In this document: positions 30,311 to 40,263 of the stretch, in pieces
Position numbering within the stretch: position 1 is the first letter of the stretch
Layout: every line of letters starts with the position of its first letter
Source of the DNA: Spirochaetia bacterium
Lineage (GTDB): Bacteria; Spirochaetota; Spirochaetia; SZUA-6; Bin103
DNA length: 64,000 bases
Reading direction: 5' to 3'
Assembly: GCA_965199955.1 (NCBI GenBank)
Contig: CBDATQ010000001.1
Coordinates: 2,176,001 to 2,240,000, forward strand
Position numbers and translations under genes: made by a program
The notes under the pieces: generated by a model
Told to the model about the DNA's origin: nothing
Databases searched by the model: none
Seen by the model: only the letters and a program-made list of their open reading frames with translations

Positions 30311-30645
30311 GAGTCCAGTCCGCCCTCGGGAAAGCCGAGCTCCTGCAGCCCTGTGACCATCGCCCGGACCCGCGGGTCCAGGTGGGTGAGCAGGGAGCGG
30401 GGCTGGTAGCAGCCCTCCGGTTGCACGGCCGCCCGAGACTTCAGGTGGACCACCTGGTCCTCCCGCCACGGCAACTGCAGGAAGGCGATGGCGATCTGGC
30501 ACCGCGGGAATTTCGTGCCGAACGCGCGGCGGATGGCCGTGTCGAACTCGCGCTGGATGAACGCGGTCTCTTCGGCATCGAATGCCTGCTTCAGGTGCAG
30601 GTATCCGAACGCCTGGAACAGGTCGACCTGATCGCTCGTCAACAC
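30307..30645 (-). pseudogene. PhyH paralogue with an in-frame deletion of the catalytic core
   Basis: N-terminus (FQAFGYLHL) is joined directly to AFG..R.QIAIAF..DPRVRAMV..ELGF; only 112 aa. Confidence 0.7.
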
Positions 30646-30655
30646 GATGCCACTC

Positions 30656-31459
30656 CTACGCGGGGTCGAATCCCAGGTCCGCCCACCGAGCTGCCGCGTC
30701 CCGCAGGGAAGGGTCGGCGCTGGCCGCGACCGCCGGCGGCATCCGGAACTCGCCGCCAGAGCAGGCGTCGCGCTCGCGCAGAAAGTAGAGCTGCGCGTCG
30801 GTGCGCGGCTCGGCCACGTACGTGATCTCGATCAGCCGGCGCGGCTCGGTGACGCCGAACGCCGCGTGCAGGACGTCCGGCGTGTAGACCACCACGTCGC
30901 CGGGCTCGGTGGGGGCCATGAAGGCGGGGACCTGCTCGTCGGTCACGCCCAGGGCGTTGTGGTCCCAGCGCATCTTCGGATTCCGCAGCCCGTACAGGTA
31001 GTCGGGCGCCTTCTGCCAGCGCGGCTCCAGCAGCCGCAGGTAGTTGCGGTGCGAGCACGGCACGAAGCGCAGGCACCCGTCTTCGGCCCCGGCACGATCG
31101 AGGGCCACGGCGACGGTGATGTGCTGCAGCGGCCAGGGGATCAGCTCGCCGCCTCCCTGCCACGGCAGGTCCTCGCCAAGCCTGACGCAGCGCACGTGCA
31201 TGGGCAGCCAGCCGTGGCCCAGCACCTTGGCGGGAATGTCGGCCATGCGCTCGTCGGTCAGCAGCCGAAGGCCCAAGTCGTCCTGCGCGCCCCACGGCGG
31301 GACGGACACCGTCTTTCTGCCGTCGCCGTCCGGAGCCGTCGCCTGCATGGCCGCATCGAACCAGGCCGACAGGCGCTCCACCTCGTCCGAGGCGAAGAAG
31401 CCGGAGAGGTGCAGGTAGCCGAACGTGTTGAACAGCGAGGCCGAGCCGTAGTCGAGCAT
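30656..31459 (-). CDS. PhyH-family protein with a degenerate metal motif (WQGG)
   Basis: FNTFGYLHL, GCLRFVPCSH and VLHAAFG; HxD is replaced by QGG. Confidence 0.8.
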   Translation of the reverse strand: MLDYGSASLFNTFGYLHLSGFFASDEVERLSAWFDAAMQATAPDGDGRKTVSVPPWGAQDDLGLRLLTDERMADIPAKVLGHGWLPMHVRCVRLGEDLPWQGGGELIPWPLQHITVAVALDRAGAEDGCLRFVPCSHRNYLRLLEPRWQKAPDYLYGLRNPKMRWDHNALGVTDEQVPAFMAPTEPGDVVVYTPDVLHAAFGVTEPRRLIEITYVAEPRTDAQLYFLRERDACSGGEFRMPPAVAASADPSLRDAAARWADLGFDPA

Positions 31460-31505
31460 CAGCGCACCATGCAGTCAGTACAAGGCAGGCGTGGCCCTCG
31501 GCAGG

Positions 31506-32201
31506 TCAGTCCGGCGTATAGCCCGAGGGCTCCAGGACCACGATGGTCGGATGGCCTTCCTTGAGGGCGGGCAGCGGCAACTCGACGGTGTGATGCCGCG
31601 GCCGCACCAGCGGATCGTCCGCGCGGTCCGCCAGGAACTCCTCGACCGTGGTCATGCCGAACCCGAGCGGCGGCAGCTCGTAGTGCATGGGCAGGATCCA
31701 GCGCGGCGCCAGCACACGGAACATGCGGTCGAGCTCCGCGAACTTCGGCGTCAGCCGCTGGCCGGCCAACGCGAACAGCACGTCGCATTTGCCCGCGAAC
31801 GGCGCCAGCTCGTCGGCGGTGAGCTCGTAGCCCACGTCGCCCATGTGCATCAGCCAGAGACCGCCGACCTTGAAGGAGTACAGCGCGTTGTCCTCCGGCC
31901 CGCGCGGGTGGTCGCGCGCCTCGGTCGCCTCCACGGTGGCGACCTGCTCGCCGCCGACGGACGCCTCCTGGCCGCGTGCCACGTCCAGCGCGTTGATCAC
32001 GCGCGGGCTGCCGGCTACCAGCTCGACGTGCGAATGAGCATCGTCGGTGAGCGAGCTGACGATGACCGTGTCGGCGGCCAACGGCTCCAGCGGCGGCAAC
32101 CCGAGCCTGGCGGGCGGGTAGGGGTCGGTGACGATCGACGGACGGCCGTCGATCCAGATGCGGAAGCAGGCGTGGCCCACGAACTCGACGCTGACAGACA
32201 T
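31506..32201 (-). CDS. MBL-fold metallo-hydrolase (lactamase_B_3-like)
   Basis: FVGHACF, TDPY, HMGD and ILPMHY; the HxHxDH motif is degenerate (SSLTDDAH). Confidence 0.8.
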   Translation of the reverse strand: MSVSVEFVGHACFRIWIDGRPSIVTDPYPPARLGLPPLEPLAADTVIVSSLTDDAHSHVELVAGSPRVINALDVARGQEASVGGEQVATVEATEARDHPRGPEDNALYSFKVGGLWLMHMGDVGYELTADELAPFAGKCDVLFALAGQRLTPKFAELDRMFRVLAPRWILPMHYELPPLGFGMTTVEEFLADRADDPLVRPRHHTVELPLPALKEGHPTIVVLEPSGYTPD

Positions 32202-32224
32202 CGGTGGGATCATACGCGGCGATC

Positions 32225-33109
32225 ATGATTCCGACCAGACCGTTCGGGAGCACCGGACACCACAGCACGCTGACCCTGTTCGGCGGCGCTGCCTTCAAGC
32301 CCACCTCGACCGAGGCTGACGCCGAGCGCGTCCTGGAACTGCTGTTCCGGCACGGCGTCAACCACGTCGACACGGCGCACGGCTACGGCGGCGGCAACTC
32401 GGAGACCCTCATCGGCGGCTGGATGGAGCGGCATCGCGACCGTTTCTTCCTGGCAACCAAGACCGGCGATCGGACCGCCGCGGGCGCCCGCGCCCAGGTG
32501 GAGCTCTCCCGCCGCCGCCTGCGTACCGACACCATCGACCTGATCCAGTTGCATAGCCTGACCGCGGAAGAGGACTGGGCCACCGCGTTCGGTCCCGGCG
32601 GCGCCCTGGAGGCGTTGGCAGAGGAGCGCGAGCAGGACCATGTGCGCTTCATCGGGGTGACCGGGCATGGGTTCGCCGCGCCGCGCATGCACCTGCGCAG
32701 CCTGGAACGCTTCCCGTTCGACTCGGTGCTGCTGCCCATGAACTTCATCATGGCCAGCGACCAGCGTTACCGCGCCGACTTCGATGCGCTCAAGGCGCTG
32801 TGCGACGACCGCGGTGTCGCGGTGCAGCTCATCAAGTCGACCGCGCGTCGGCCCTGGGGTGGGCGTGAACGCTCCCGCGGTCCCTGGTACGAGCCGTTGG
32901 AAGTGCCGGAGGACATCGCCCGCGCCGTGGCTTACGCCCTCAGCTACGCCCCCGCGTTCATCAACGCGATGGCCGACCTCGACCTGCTACCCCTGCTGCT
33001 GCAGGCCGCGGAGTCACCGGGCGAGCGCCCCTCCGACTCCGAAATGGAGGCGATGGCCAACTCTCGCGAGATGCAGCCGATCTTCGAAGACTTGGCGATG
33101 ATCCACTAA
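32225..33109 (+). CDS. Aldo/keto reductase
   Basis: DTAHGYG, LATK, DLIQLH and RFIGVTGH. Confidence 0.9.
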   Translation: MIPTRPFGSTGHHSTLTLFGGAAFKPTSTEADAERVLELLFRHGVNHVDTAHGYGGGNSETLIGGWMERHRDRFFLATKTGDRTAAGARAQVELSRRRLRTDTIDLIQLHSLTAEEDWATAFGPGGALEALAEEREQDHVRFIGVTGHGFAAPRMHLRSLERFPFDSVLLPMNFIMASDQRYRADFDALKALCDDRGVAVQLIKSTARRPWGGRERSRGPWYEPLEVPEDIARAVAYALSYAPAFINAMADLDLLPLLLQAAESPGERPSDSEMEAMANSREMQPIFEDLAMIH

Positions 33110-33130
33110 GCTCGACGGAAGAGAGGGTCT

Positions 33131-33731
33131 ATGGCTTCGAGCATCCTGGAGACAGTCGACCGGCTCAAGGACGAACTCGATGCACTCCGTCCTCTTCCTT
33201 CAGCCGTGGTCGCCAGGGTCGAACAGAAGCTGAGGATCGAATCCGACTACCACTCGAACGCCGTCGAAGGCAACTCTCTCACTCTCGGCGAGACCCGGAG
33301 CCTCATCCTCCATGGCCTTACCGCGCGCGGCAAACCGATGCGCGATCATCTCGACATCCAGGGGCATGACGACGCCGTCAAGGCCATCGAGCGTGCGGTC
33401 AAGGAACACCGTGCTGACCGAAGTCTTCATCCGCAGTCCCCACCGAGTATTGCTGAAGGAACCGTACGAGACCGATGCCATGACCTCTGGCGGCCGCCGT
33501 ACGATGCGACCCATCGTCCTCGGCGACTACAAGGCAACCCCGAACAACGTGAAGACCTCGACCGGGGAGATGTACTACTTCACGCCGCCGGAGCAGGTGA
33601 AGCCGGCGATGACCGATCTCCTCGACCGGTGTCGAGCGGCAGAAAGCCGCCGGCGAGCATCCGATCATCATCGCAGCTGCGTTCCATTACCTGGTTCGTC
33701 CGCATGCACCCGTTCGACGACGGCAACGGTG
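33131..33731 (+). pseudogene. Fic-domain protein, frameshifted and truncated within the Fic motif
   Basis: LRPLP, YHSNAVEGNSLTLGET and HPFDDGNG; the sequence then becomes unrelated. Confidence 0.82.
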
Positions 33732-33807
33732 AATGTGGGAGCAAGGGGTATCGTTGTCGCTTTGCAAAGTGTCCGGGGGTAGGCAGGATCGTGGAGGAGC
33801 AACACTA

Positions 33808-34185
33808 GTGGACTGTAACGCTCATCATGCACCGATGTGGCGTGATGGATCAACGTAATGCCACTTCATGACCCGCGGATTCTTGTTGTATTCGCGGATG
33901 TATCTCATCAGCTTGCTCTTCAGATCCGCCACCGAACTGAACACTCCGCGGGTGATCACGTCGCGCGAGATCTTCGCAAACCACAGCTCCACCTGGTTCA
34001 GCCACGATGAGTAGGTCGGCGTGAAATGCAGCCGCACCTTCGGATGGTCGCGCGCGCCGCGCGTCTTCGGCTCGCCCAGTGCGACTCCTGGCGCGCTTGG
34101 TGAGTTCGCGATGCTCGGCCTCCGTCAATACGATTCCCTCTCCCATACCTCCAATTATAGTATTAAATCAGATGGTACGGTCCAT
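33808..34185 (-). mobile_element. Internally deleted IS630-family element with both ends
   Basis: Transposase N-terminus (LTEAEHREL...RRAR) is joined to the C-terminus (LHFTPTYSSWLNQVELWF); ends GTGGACTGTAAC and ATGGACCGTACC; flanked by TA on the left and TG on the right. Confidence 0.82.
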
Positions 34186-34230
34186 TGGAGTCGAGATTTG
34201 GTCGGCGAGGAGACGAGCGGAGGTGGACGA

Positions 34231-35340
34231 TCACATCGCATGGGTGGTGAGGTGCCATACGGTGGCTGCGCAGTGGGTGACGTAGTAGGCGGACAGGATG
34301 TCGCCGTCCGGTAGCTGCATCGAAACCGGGTAGCCCACGTCGTCGACGCCGGTGCCTTCTCCCCGATGAGGGGAATGGCCGGTGCTGTCGTCGCGGAGCA
34401 CGACCGTTCCGGCGACATCCCAGGTTTCGCCTCCGTCGTCGCTGACGACGGCGCGCACGCCCATCGGCGGGCGGCGGTAGCCGTGCGTACAGAGAATGCG
34501 GCCGTCGGCGAGCTTCAGCAGGTGGGCGGGGTGTCCCCAGATCGGCGTCTTGATGGGCTCCGTTCAGGTTCTGCCGCCGCCGTCGGACCACATCTGCAGC
34601 AGGTAGTGGTCACCTCGTCCCAGGTCGCCTCGGGTGAGGGCGATGAGCCTGCCTGCCGAGACTTCGCACAGCGCGGTCTCGTTGGCCGGCACGGCCTTGG
34701 CCTTCGCGCACAGGTCGTGCAGACGCCACGTCCGGCCGGCGTCAACCGAGCGCAGCACGTACCGGGCGCTCGTCGCCGTCGTGGTCTTGGGTGTACACGC
34801 TGACGACCAGCGTGCCGTCATGCATGACGACGCCGCGGTTGAGCACCAGAAGCCCCGTGCGCCGGGCACTTTCCATTCGCGGGCCTCCCAAGTCCTGCCG
34901 CCATCGGTTGAGCGCCGCGACACCAGCAGCGGGGACTGCACGGCGATGCGGTCAGGCCGTTCCGGGAGCATGCGCACTCAGCGGCGCTGTGCCCGCGCCT
35001 CGTCGAGGCGGCCGGCGTCCCAGGCCTCGAACCCGTGCGCGCCGACGGTCACGAAGGTGTCGCCGCCGGGATCCGGGAGCACCACGGCGACGCGGTCCAT
35101 GTGCTCGTCCGCGGTGCCGAACGGCCAGTTGGCTGGGTGCGCGGGATGGTCGCACGGCTGCCATGTGCGCCCGCCGTCGTCGGACGCTATCGCCAGGAAG
35201 CGGCCGAAGGTGCTGGCGCCCGGGTGGCTGCCGATCGGGGAGGTGACCACGCCGGCGCCGATGCTGCCGTCGGGGAGCGGCCACAGCACCGGCCAGGGTG
35301 AGTAGGCATCCGGGTCGCGATAGATCACGCTGTGCTGCAT
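34231..35340 (-). pseudogene. BNR/sialidase-like protein with several frameshifts
   Basis: SDDGGRTW, STDGGRTW, SVDAGRTW, SDDGGETW and DVGYPVS in different frames; start may be at 35352. Confidence 0.75.
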
Positions 35341-36973
35341 GTCCACGATCATCGCGCATCGCGTCACGGTTGCAAGCGCCGTCGCCGACGGCCTGCAGGC
35401 GGCCGGCATCGACACCGTGTTCGGCCTGCCGGGAGGTGAGAACGTCCGACTGATGGAGGCGATGCGGCAGGCGGGCCTCCGGTTCGTGTTGACCGAGCAC
35501 GAGAACGCTGCCGCCTTCATGGCCGGTGCCGCCAGCCAGCTCACCCGCAAGCCCACCGCATGCATGACGACGCTCGGGCCGGGGGCGGTCAACTGCGTCG
35601 CCGGCGTCGCGCACGCGTTCCTGGACCGCTGCCCGGTGCTGGTGCTCACCGCGCAGATGGCGCCGAGCCTGCAGGACCGGCACACCCACCAGCTCGTCGA
35701 CCTGCACCGGCTGTTCGCGCCGATCACCAAGGCGACCCTGGACATCACCCCGGAGGGGGCGGCCACGGCGGTGCGCGATGCGCTGCGCATCGCCACCGGC
35801 GGGATGCCGGGCCCCGTGCACCTGCAGATTCCCAACGACGTGGCCGGGCGCGGGACGGAGCAGGTGGACCGGGACGAAGCATCACCCGCGGTCGACGATG
35901 GACCGCTGCCGGTAGCGCCGGCAGACCTCGCCCGCGCGGCGGCCGGCCTGGCTGCCGCGGAGCGGCCGGTGATCGTCGTGGGACTGGGGCTGGAGCCGGA
36001 GGGCCCCTACGCGGAGCTCCGTGCGTTCGCGAAGCGGATCGGCGCGCCGGTCCTCGCGGCTCCCAAGACGAAGGGGGCGCTTCCGGCGTCGCATCCGCTC
36101 GGCTCGGAGACGATCGGGCTGACCCGCACCGACCCCGGCTACGACCTGATCGCGGAGGCGGACCGGGTGATCGCGGTCGGCATGGACGTGGTGGAGGTGG
36201 TGCTGCCGTGGTCGGTCGAGGCGCCGGTGCTGTGGATCGCTCCGTGGCACGACAAGATCGGAGCCGCGACGGCCGAGCAGGCGCTGATCGGACCGCTCGG
36301 ACCAACTCTCGCCGACCTGACGGAGCGGCTTCCGGAGTGCCGGAGCGACTGGGGTGTGGATCGCGCTGCCCATTACCGGCAACTGCGGCGGCGCCGCAGC
36401 CACGCCGCCGCCGCCCGCGCATCCTCCGGCGTGCTCGCCCCGCAGACCGTGCTCATGGAAGCGCAGGCGGTGCTGCCGGACGACGCGGTGATCACCACGG
36501 ACGTCGGCTCGCACAAGATTCTGGCGGCGCTGGAGTGGGACGCGGAGTTGCCCAACCGCTACCTGGTCTCGAACGGCCTGTCCGCCATGGGGTTCGGGCC
36601 GGCGGCAGCGGCGGGCGCGGCGCTGACCGGCCATGAGCCGGTGCTCTGCCTGACCGGAGACGCCGGGCTGCTCATGTGCGCGGGCGGGCTCGCCACCCTG
36701 GCGCAAGTCGAGACGCCCGTGCTGATGGTCGTGCTGGTCGACGGCGCCCTGGACCTGATCCGCGCCCACCAGCGCCGCCAAGGCGCGCAGCCGTTCGGGA
36801 CCGAGTTTCCGGCCCCGGAGGTCGCCCGGATCGGCACGGCGTTTGGAATTCCGTCGGCTACGGTGGCCACCGCAGCCGACCTGCGAGCGGAGATCGCCTC
36901 CGGATTGGGGCGTGCAGGCGCCAGCGTGATTGGCGTGCGGATCGACCCGGAGTGCTACCGCGGTTCGTTCTGA
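35339..36973 (+). CDS. Thiamine pyrophosphate-binding enzyme (acetolactate synthase-like)
   Basis: VFGLPGGEN, HENAAAFMA, TLGPGAVN, DVGSHK and GDAG TPP motif. Confidence 0.88.
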   Translation: MSTIIAHRVTVASAVADGLQAAGIDTVFGLPGGENVRLMEAMRQAGLRFVLTEHENAAAFMAGAASQLTRKPTACMTTLGPGAVNCVAGVAHAFLDRCPVLVLTAQMAPSLQDRHTHQLVDLHRLFAPITKATLDITPEGAATAVRDALRIATGGMPGPVHLQIPNDVAGRGTEQVDRDEASPAVDDGPLPVAPADLARAAAGLAAAERPVIVVGLGLEPEGPYAELRAFAKRIGAPVLAAPKTKGALPASHPLGSETIGLTRTDPGYDLIAEADRVIAVGMDVVEVVLPWSVEAPVLWIAPWHDKIGAATAEQALIGPLGPTLADLTERLPECRSDWGVDRAAHYRQLRRRRSHAAAARASSGVLAPQTVLMEAQAVLPDDAVITTDVGSHKILAALEWDAELPNRYLVSNGLSAMGFGPAAAAGAALTGHEPVLCLTGDAGLLMCAGGLATLAQVETPVLMVVLVDGALDLIRAHQRRQGAQPFGTEFPAPEVARIGTAFGIPSATVATAADLRAEIASGLGRAGASVIGVRIDPECYRGSF

Positions 36974-37428
36974 ATGCCCGCTTCGGCGTAGTCCGCGCGT
37001 TTCTCCACCAGGTCGCGCCCGGGTTGTCCGGGCTGACGACCTCTACGACCAGGTCAGCTCCCGTCCAATAGCGATCCCGAAAAACGAGAGTCGTTGCGAT
37101 CCAGGAGCAGCAGAAGGTCCGGTTCGCGGAACTTTCCTGGGCGGATGCGCATGCGCAAGGCCGCCACCACCACGCCGCCGCGGGGCTGAACGTACGAGCG
37201 GAACAGGTCGTAGAGGAACAGGAGCACCAGTTGGTGGATGGATGTCGGCATCGGAAGTTCCTGGATGTGGCCGTCAGTGAACTCGATCAGGCGATTGGTG
37301 TGGTCGGTGAACCACAAATAGGCATCGTCACTCCAGTTGCCTTGCGCAGGCAGGACATCGCACAAGAGAGCGGCCAGTGCCTCCGGAGAAGTCGGCGCAG
37401 CCGCGGCCGGTTCGGTCGTCACGGACAT
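36974..37428 (-). pseudogene. Uma2-family endonuclease, frameshifted and truncated
   Basis: IEFTDG...MPTSIHQ and REPDLL; ADLVVEVVSPD and RDLVEKRADYAEAGI in shifted frames. Confidence 0.8.
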
Positions 37429-37489
37429 GCTGCCGTCGGAGCGTGTCGCATTCGGCGCTTCAAGGGCAAGTCGGGGAAGATGGAACCCC

Positions 37490-38296
37490 TCAGTCGCGGG
37501 GCTCGAAGCCCAGGTCGACCAGCGGCTGCACCATCTTTCGCATGCGGGGATCGTCGCACTCGATGAAGCTGCGCGGCGGCCGGAGCTCTCCGTCTGAGGA
37601 GGCCTGGCGCTCCTTCAGCCACCCCTGCTGCTCGGCGCTGACCGGGTTGGCCATGAACGCGATGGCGAGCTGCACGCGCAGGCCGGATCCCCCGAAGGCA
37701 GCGTGCGGGATGTCCTCCGTGAACACCAGCACGTCGCCCAGGCTCGACTCCAACGGAATGTGCGGCACCTCGTCCGGGCGCAGCCCCCACGGCCGGAACT
37801 CCTCCGTCGTGTTGCGGTTGCGCAGCGGCAGGTAGTAGTCGGGAGCCTGCGACCAGCGCGGGTCCACGAAACGCAGGTAGTTGCGGTGCGCGCCCGGCAC
37901 GACGCGGAGGCAGCCGTTGTCCGCAGTGAGGTCGTCCAGGTACAGCGACACCTTGATGTGCGGGAGCCCCCAGGTGACCACGCCGCTGCCACCGTGCCAT
38001 GGGGTGTCGCCCACGTGTCCGTGGCCCGCCGATCCCTCGTACACGAAGTCGTGGCCGAGGATCTTGCGAGGAATGTCCAGCAGCCGCTCGTCGGCAAGCA
38101 GCACCGCGTGGCGCTCGCCGTGCTCGCAGATGCGGGCGACGTCCCTGCTCTGCGAGCCGTCGAAGTCCGGGAACTCCTCGAGCAGAAGGCGGTCGAACTC
38201 CTCGCGCAAGGCAGCCGCCTCCGCGCGGCTGAACAGCCCGCGTAGAGGCACGTAGCCAAAGGCGATAAAGTGCATCACGTGATCGTCATTCAACAT
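37490..38296 (-). CDS. PhyH-family Fe/2OG enzyme with HxG motif (candidate halogenase)
   Basis: Close paralogue of 29507-30310, but DTPWHGG replaces DTPWHSD; distal PHAAFG His and Arg retained. Confidence 0.85.
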   Translation of the reverse strand: MLNDDHVMHFIAFGYVPLRGLFSRAEAAALREEFDRLLLEEFPDFDGSQSRDVARICEHGERHAVLLADERLLDIPRKILGHDFVYEGSAGHGHVGDTPWHGGSGVVTWGLPHIKVSLYLDDLTADNGCLRVVPGAHRNYLRFVDPRWSQAPDYYLPLRNRNTTEEFRPWGLRPDEVPHIPLESSLGDVLVFTEDIPHAAFGGSGLRVQLAIAFMANPVSAEQQGWLKERQASSDGELRPPRSFIECDDPRMRKMVQPLVDLGFEPRD

Positions 38297-38388
38297 TCCG
38301 AACCACCGGACAGCCATCCAGAGGACAGCTTCATGCACAACGTAGAGCAGCGGCACGGCTCTGTGAACCGTTCCCGCGGGAGCGGGTC

Positions 38389-39138
38389 GTGAGCGGCCCC
38401 ATCGCGCTCGTGACCGGCGCCGGCAGCGGCGTGGGGCGCGCCACGGCGTTGACGCTGTGCGCGAACGGCTATGCCGTCTACCTGTCGGGAAGGCGGGCAG
38501 CCGCGCTCCACGAGACCGTGGAGCGGGCTCAGAGCCCGGACCGGGCGATCGCCGTGCCCTCGGACGTGACGGACGCCGACGCGGTCGCGGCGCTGTTCGA
38601 CCGGATCCGGCAGTACCACGGCCGGCTCGATCTGCTGTTCAACAACGCCGGCACGAACACGGCCGCGGTCCCTGCCGACCAGCTCGATGTCGAGCAGTGG
38701 CGGATGGTGATCGACATCAACCTCACCGGCACCTTCCTGTGCACGCGGCAGGCGATGGCGCTGATGAAGAGCCAGCGCCCGCGCGGCGGCCGCATCGTCA
38801 ACAACGGCTCGGTTTCGGCGCAGGTGTCACGGCCGAACGCCGCCGCCTACACGGCCTCCAAGTTCGGGGTTGCCGGCCTGACCCGTTCGACCGCCCTGGA
38901 CGGGCGCGCGTTCGACATCGCCTGCGGCCAGATCGACATCGGCAACGCGGCCACGGAAATGACGGAGCGGATGAACGACGGCGTGCTGCAGCCGGACGGG
39001 TCGGTGCGGCCGGAGCCGCGCATCGACGTCCAGAACGTGGCCGACGCCGTGCTCTACATGGCGTCGCTGCCGCTGGACGCGAACGTGCCGTTCATCACCG
39101 TGATGGCCACGGGGATGCCTCTGTTCGGGCGAGGATAG
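38389..39138 (+). CDS. SDR family oxidoreductase
   Basis: [17 protein letters not shown] and CGQIDIGNA. Confidence 0.92.
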   Translation: MSGPIALVTGAGSGVGRATALTLCANGYAVYLSGRRAAALHETVERAQSPDRAIAVPSDVTDADAVAALFDRIRQYHGRLDLLFNNAGTNTAAVPADQLDVEQWRMVIDINLTGTFLCTRQAMALMKSQRPRGGRIVNNGSVSAQVSRPNAAAYTASKFGVAGLTRSTALDGRAFDIACGQIDIGNAATEMTERMNDGVLQPDGSVRPEPRIDVQNVADAVLYMASLPLDANVPFITVMATGMPLFGRG

Positions 39139-39156
39139 AAGCGCGACGCATCGCCG

Positions 39157-40263
39157 CTACGGCCACGTCTCCACCGGCACCCAGGATCCTGTCTCCGCTG
39201 ACTTGAGACAGGCGTCGACGTAGCTCGCGGCGTACGCGCCGTCGTCGAGGCCCGGATGCTCGCATGCAGCCCCTGGCGCTGCCGCCCGCTCGCGGAGCGC
39301 CGGCAGGACGTAGGTGCCGAAACGGTTGACGCCGGCGTCGGTCGCCACCGTCTCCACGTGCGGCGTTCCGTCGCCCCGCAGCAGTTCGATCCGTCCGGTC
39401 GTCGAGTCGGCGGCGAGCGAGGCCGTCTCACCGTGAATCTCGAGCTCCGGCGACAGGCCGCCGCGCACCCGCGCCGACTCCGAGGTCATCAGCACGCCGG
39501 CGATGCCTCCCGACAGCTCCACCAGCACCGTGCCGTGGTCCCAGGCGGAGGGGCGACGCGCGTCGTCCGCCTCGGTGCGGGCCTGCGCCTCCTGCATGTC
39601 GAGCTCGCCCGCGTACGGCTTGGAGGACTCCAGCACCTGGCCGTGCGCCAGCACGCGCCGCGGCTCTTGGTCCAGCATCCAGCGCAGCACGTCGATCATG
39701 TGCACGCCCAGGTCGGCGACTGCGCCGGCGGCCGATACAGCAGCGTCGTCGCGCCACGTGAACGCGCTCCCGGCGGTGCGCGGCATGTGGCGGCGATAGG
39801 TGAACCAGCGCACGCGCCCCACCGCGCCACCGGCGATCAGATCCCGCGCGCGTGCGAGCGGCGGCTCGTAGCGGCTCCAGAACGGCACGAAGTGGCCGAG
39901 TCCGGTCTGGCGGAACGCCTCCCGGATCGCCACGGCCTTGGCTGCCGTACGCGCCACCGGCTTCTCGCAGATCAGGTGCCTGCCGGCCGCGGCGCATGCC
40001 AGGGCCGGCTCCAGGTGCTGGTCATCCGGGGTAGCGATCAGCACCACCTGGACCTCCGGATGGGCCACGACCTCCCGCCAGTCGGTGGTTATCAGCACGG
40101 CGCCGTCCTCGTCCCGCGCTCGCTGCAGCCGCTCGCGGCGGCGCGCGCAGAGCGCCACGATGCGCGCCTGCTCGGGAATCCCGCGCAGCTCGGCGCGGTA
40201 CCTGCGTCCGATGTTGCCGGTGGCGCCGAGCACGCCCACGCCGAGCGGCCGCGCGGCGGCCAT
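39157..40263 (-). CDS. Gfo/Idh/MocA family oxidoreductase
   Basis: GATGNIG, ATPDDQH, CEKP and DLGVHMID. Confidence 0.9.
   Translation of the reverse strand: MAAARPLGVGVLGATGNIGRRYRAELRGIPEQARIVALCARRRERLQRARDEDGAVLITTDWREVVAHPEVQVVLIATPDDQHLEPALACAAAGRHLICEKPVARTAAKAVAIREAFRQTGLGHFVPFWSRYEPPLARARDLIAGGAVGRVRWFTYRRHMPRTAGSAFTWRDDAAVSAAGAVADLGVHMIDVLRWMLDQEPRRVLAHGQVLESSKPYAGELDMQEAQARTEADDARRPSAWDHGTVLVELSGGIAGVLMTSESARVRGGLSPELEIHGETASLAADSTTGRIELLRGDGTPHVETVATDAGVNRFGTYVLPALRERAAAPGAACEHPGLDDGAYAASYVDACLKSAETGSWVPVETWP

Noticed and set aside
30658..30680. GGGTCGAATCCC resembling a tRNA T-arm (similar sequence near 37500)
   Set aside because: It is the antisense of the PhyH C-terminal LGF(D/E)P codons, and no cloverleaf forms.
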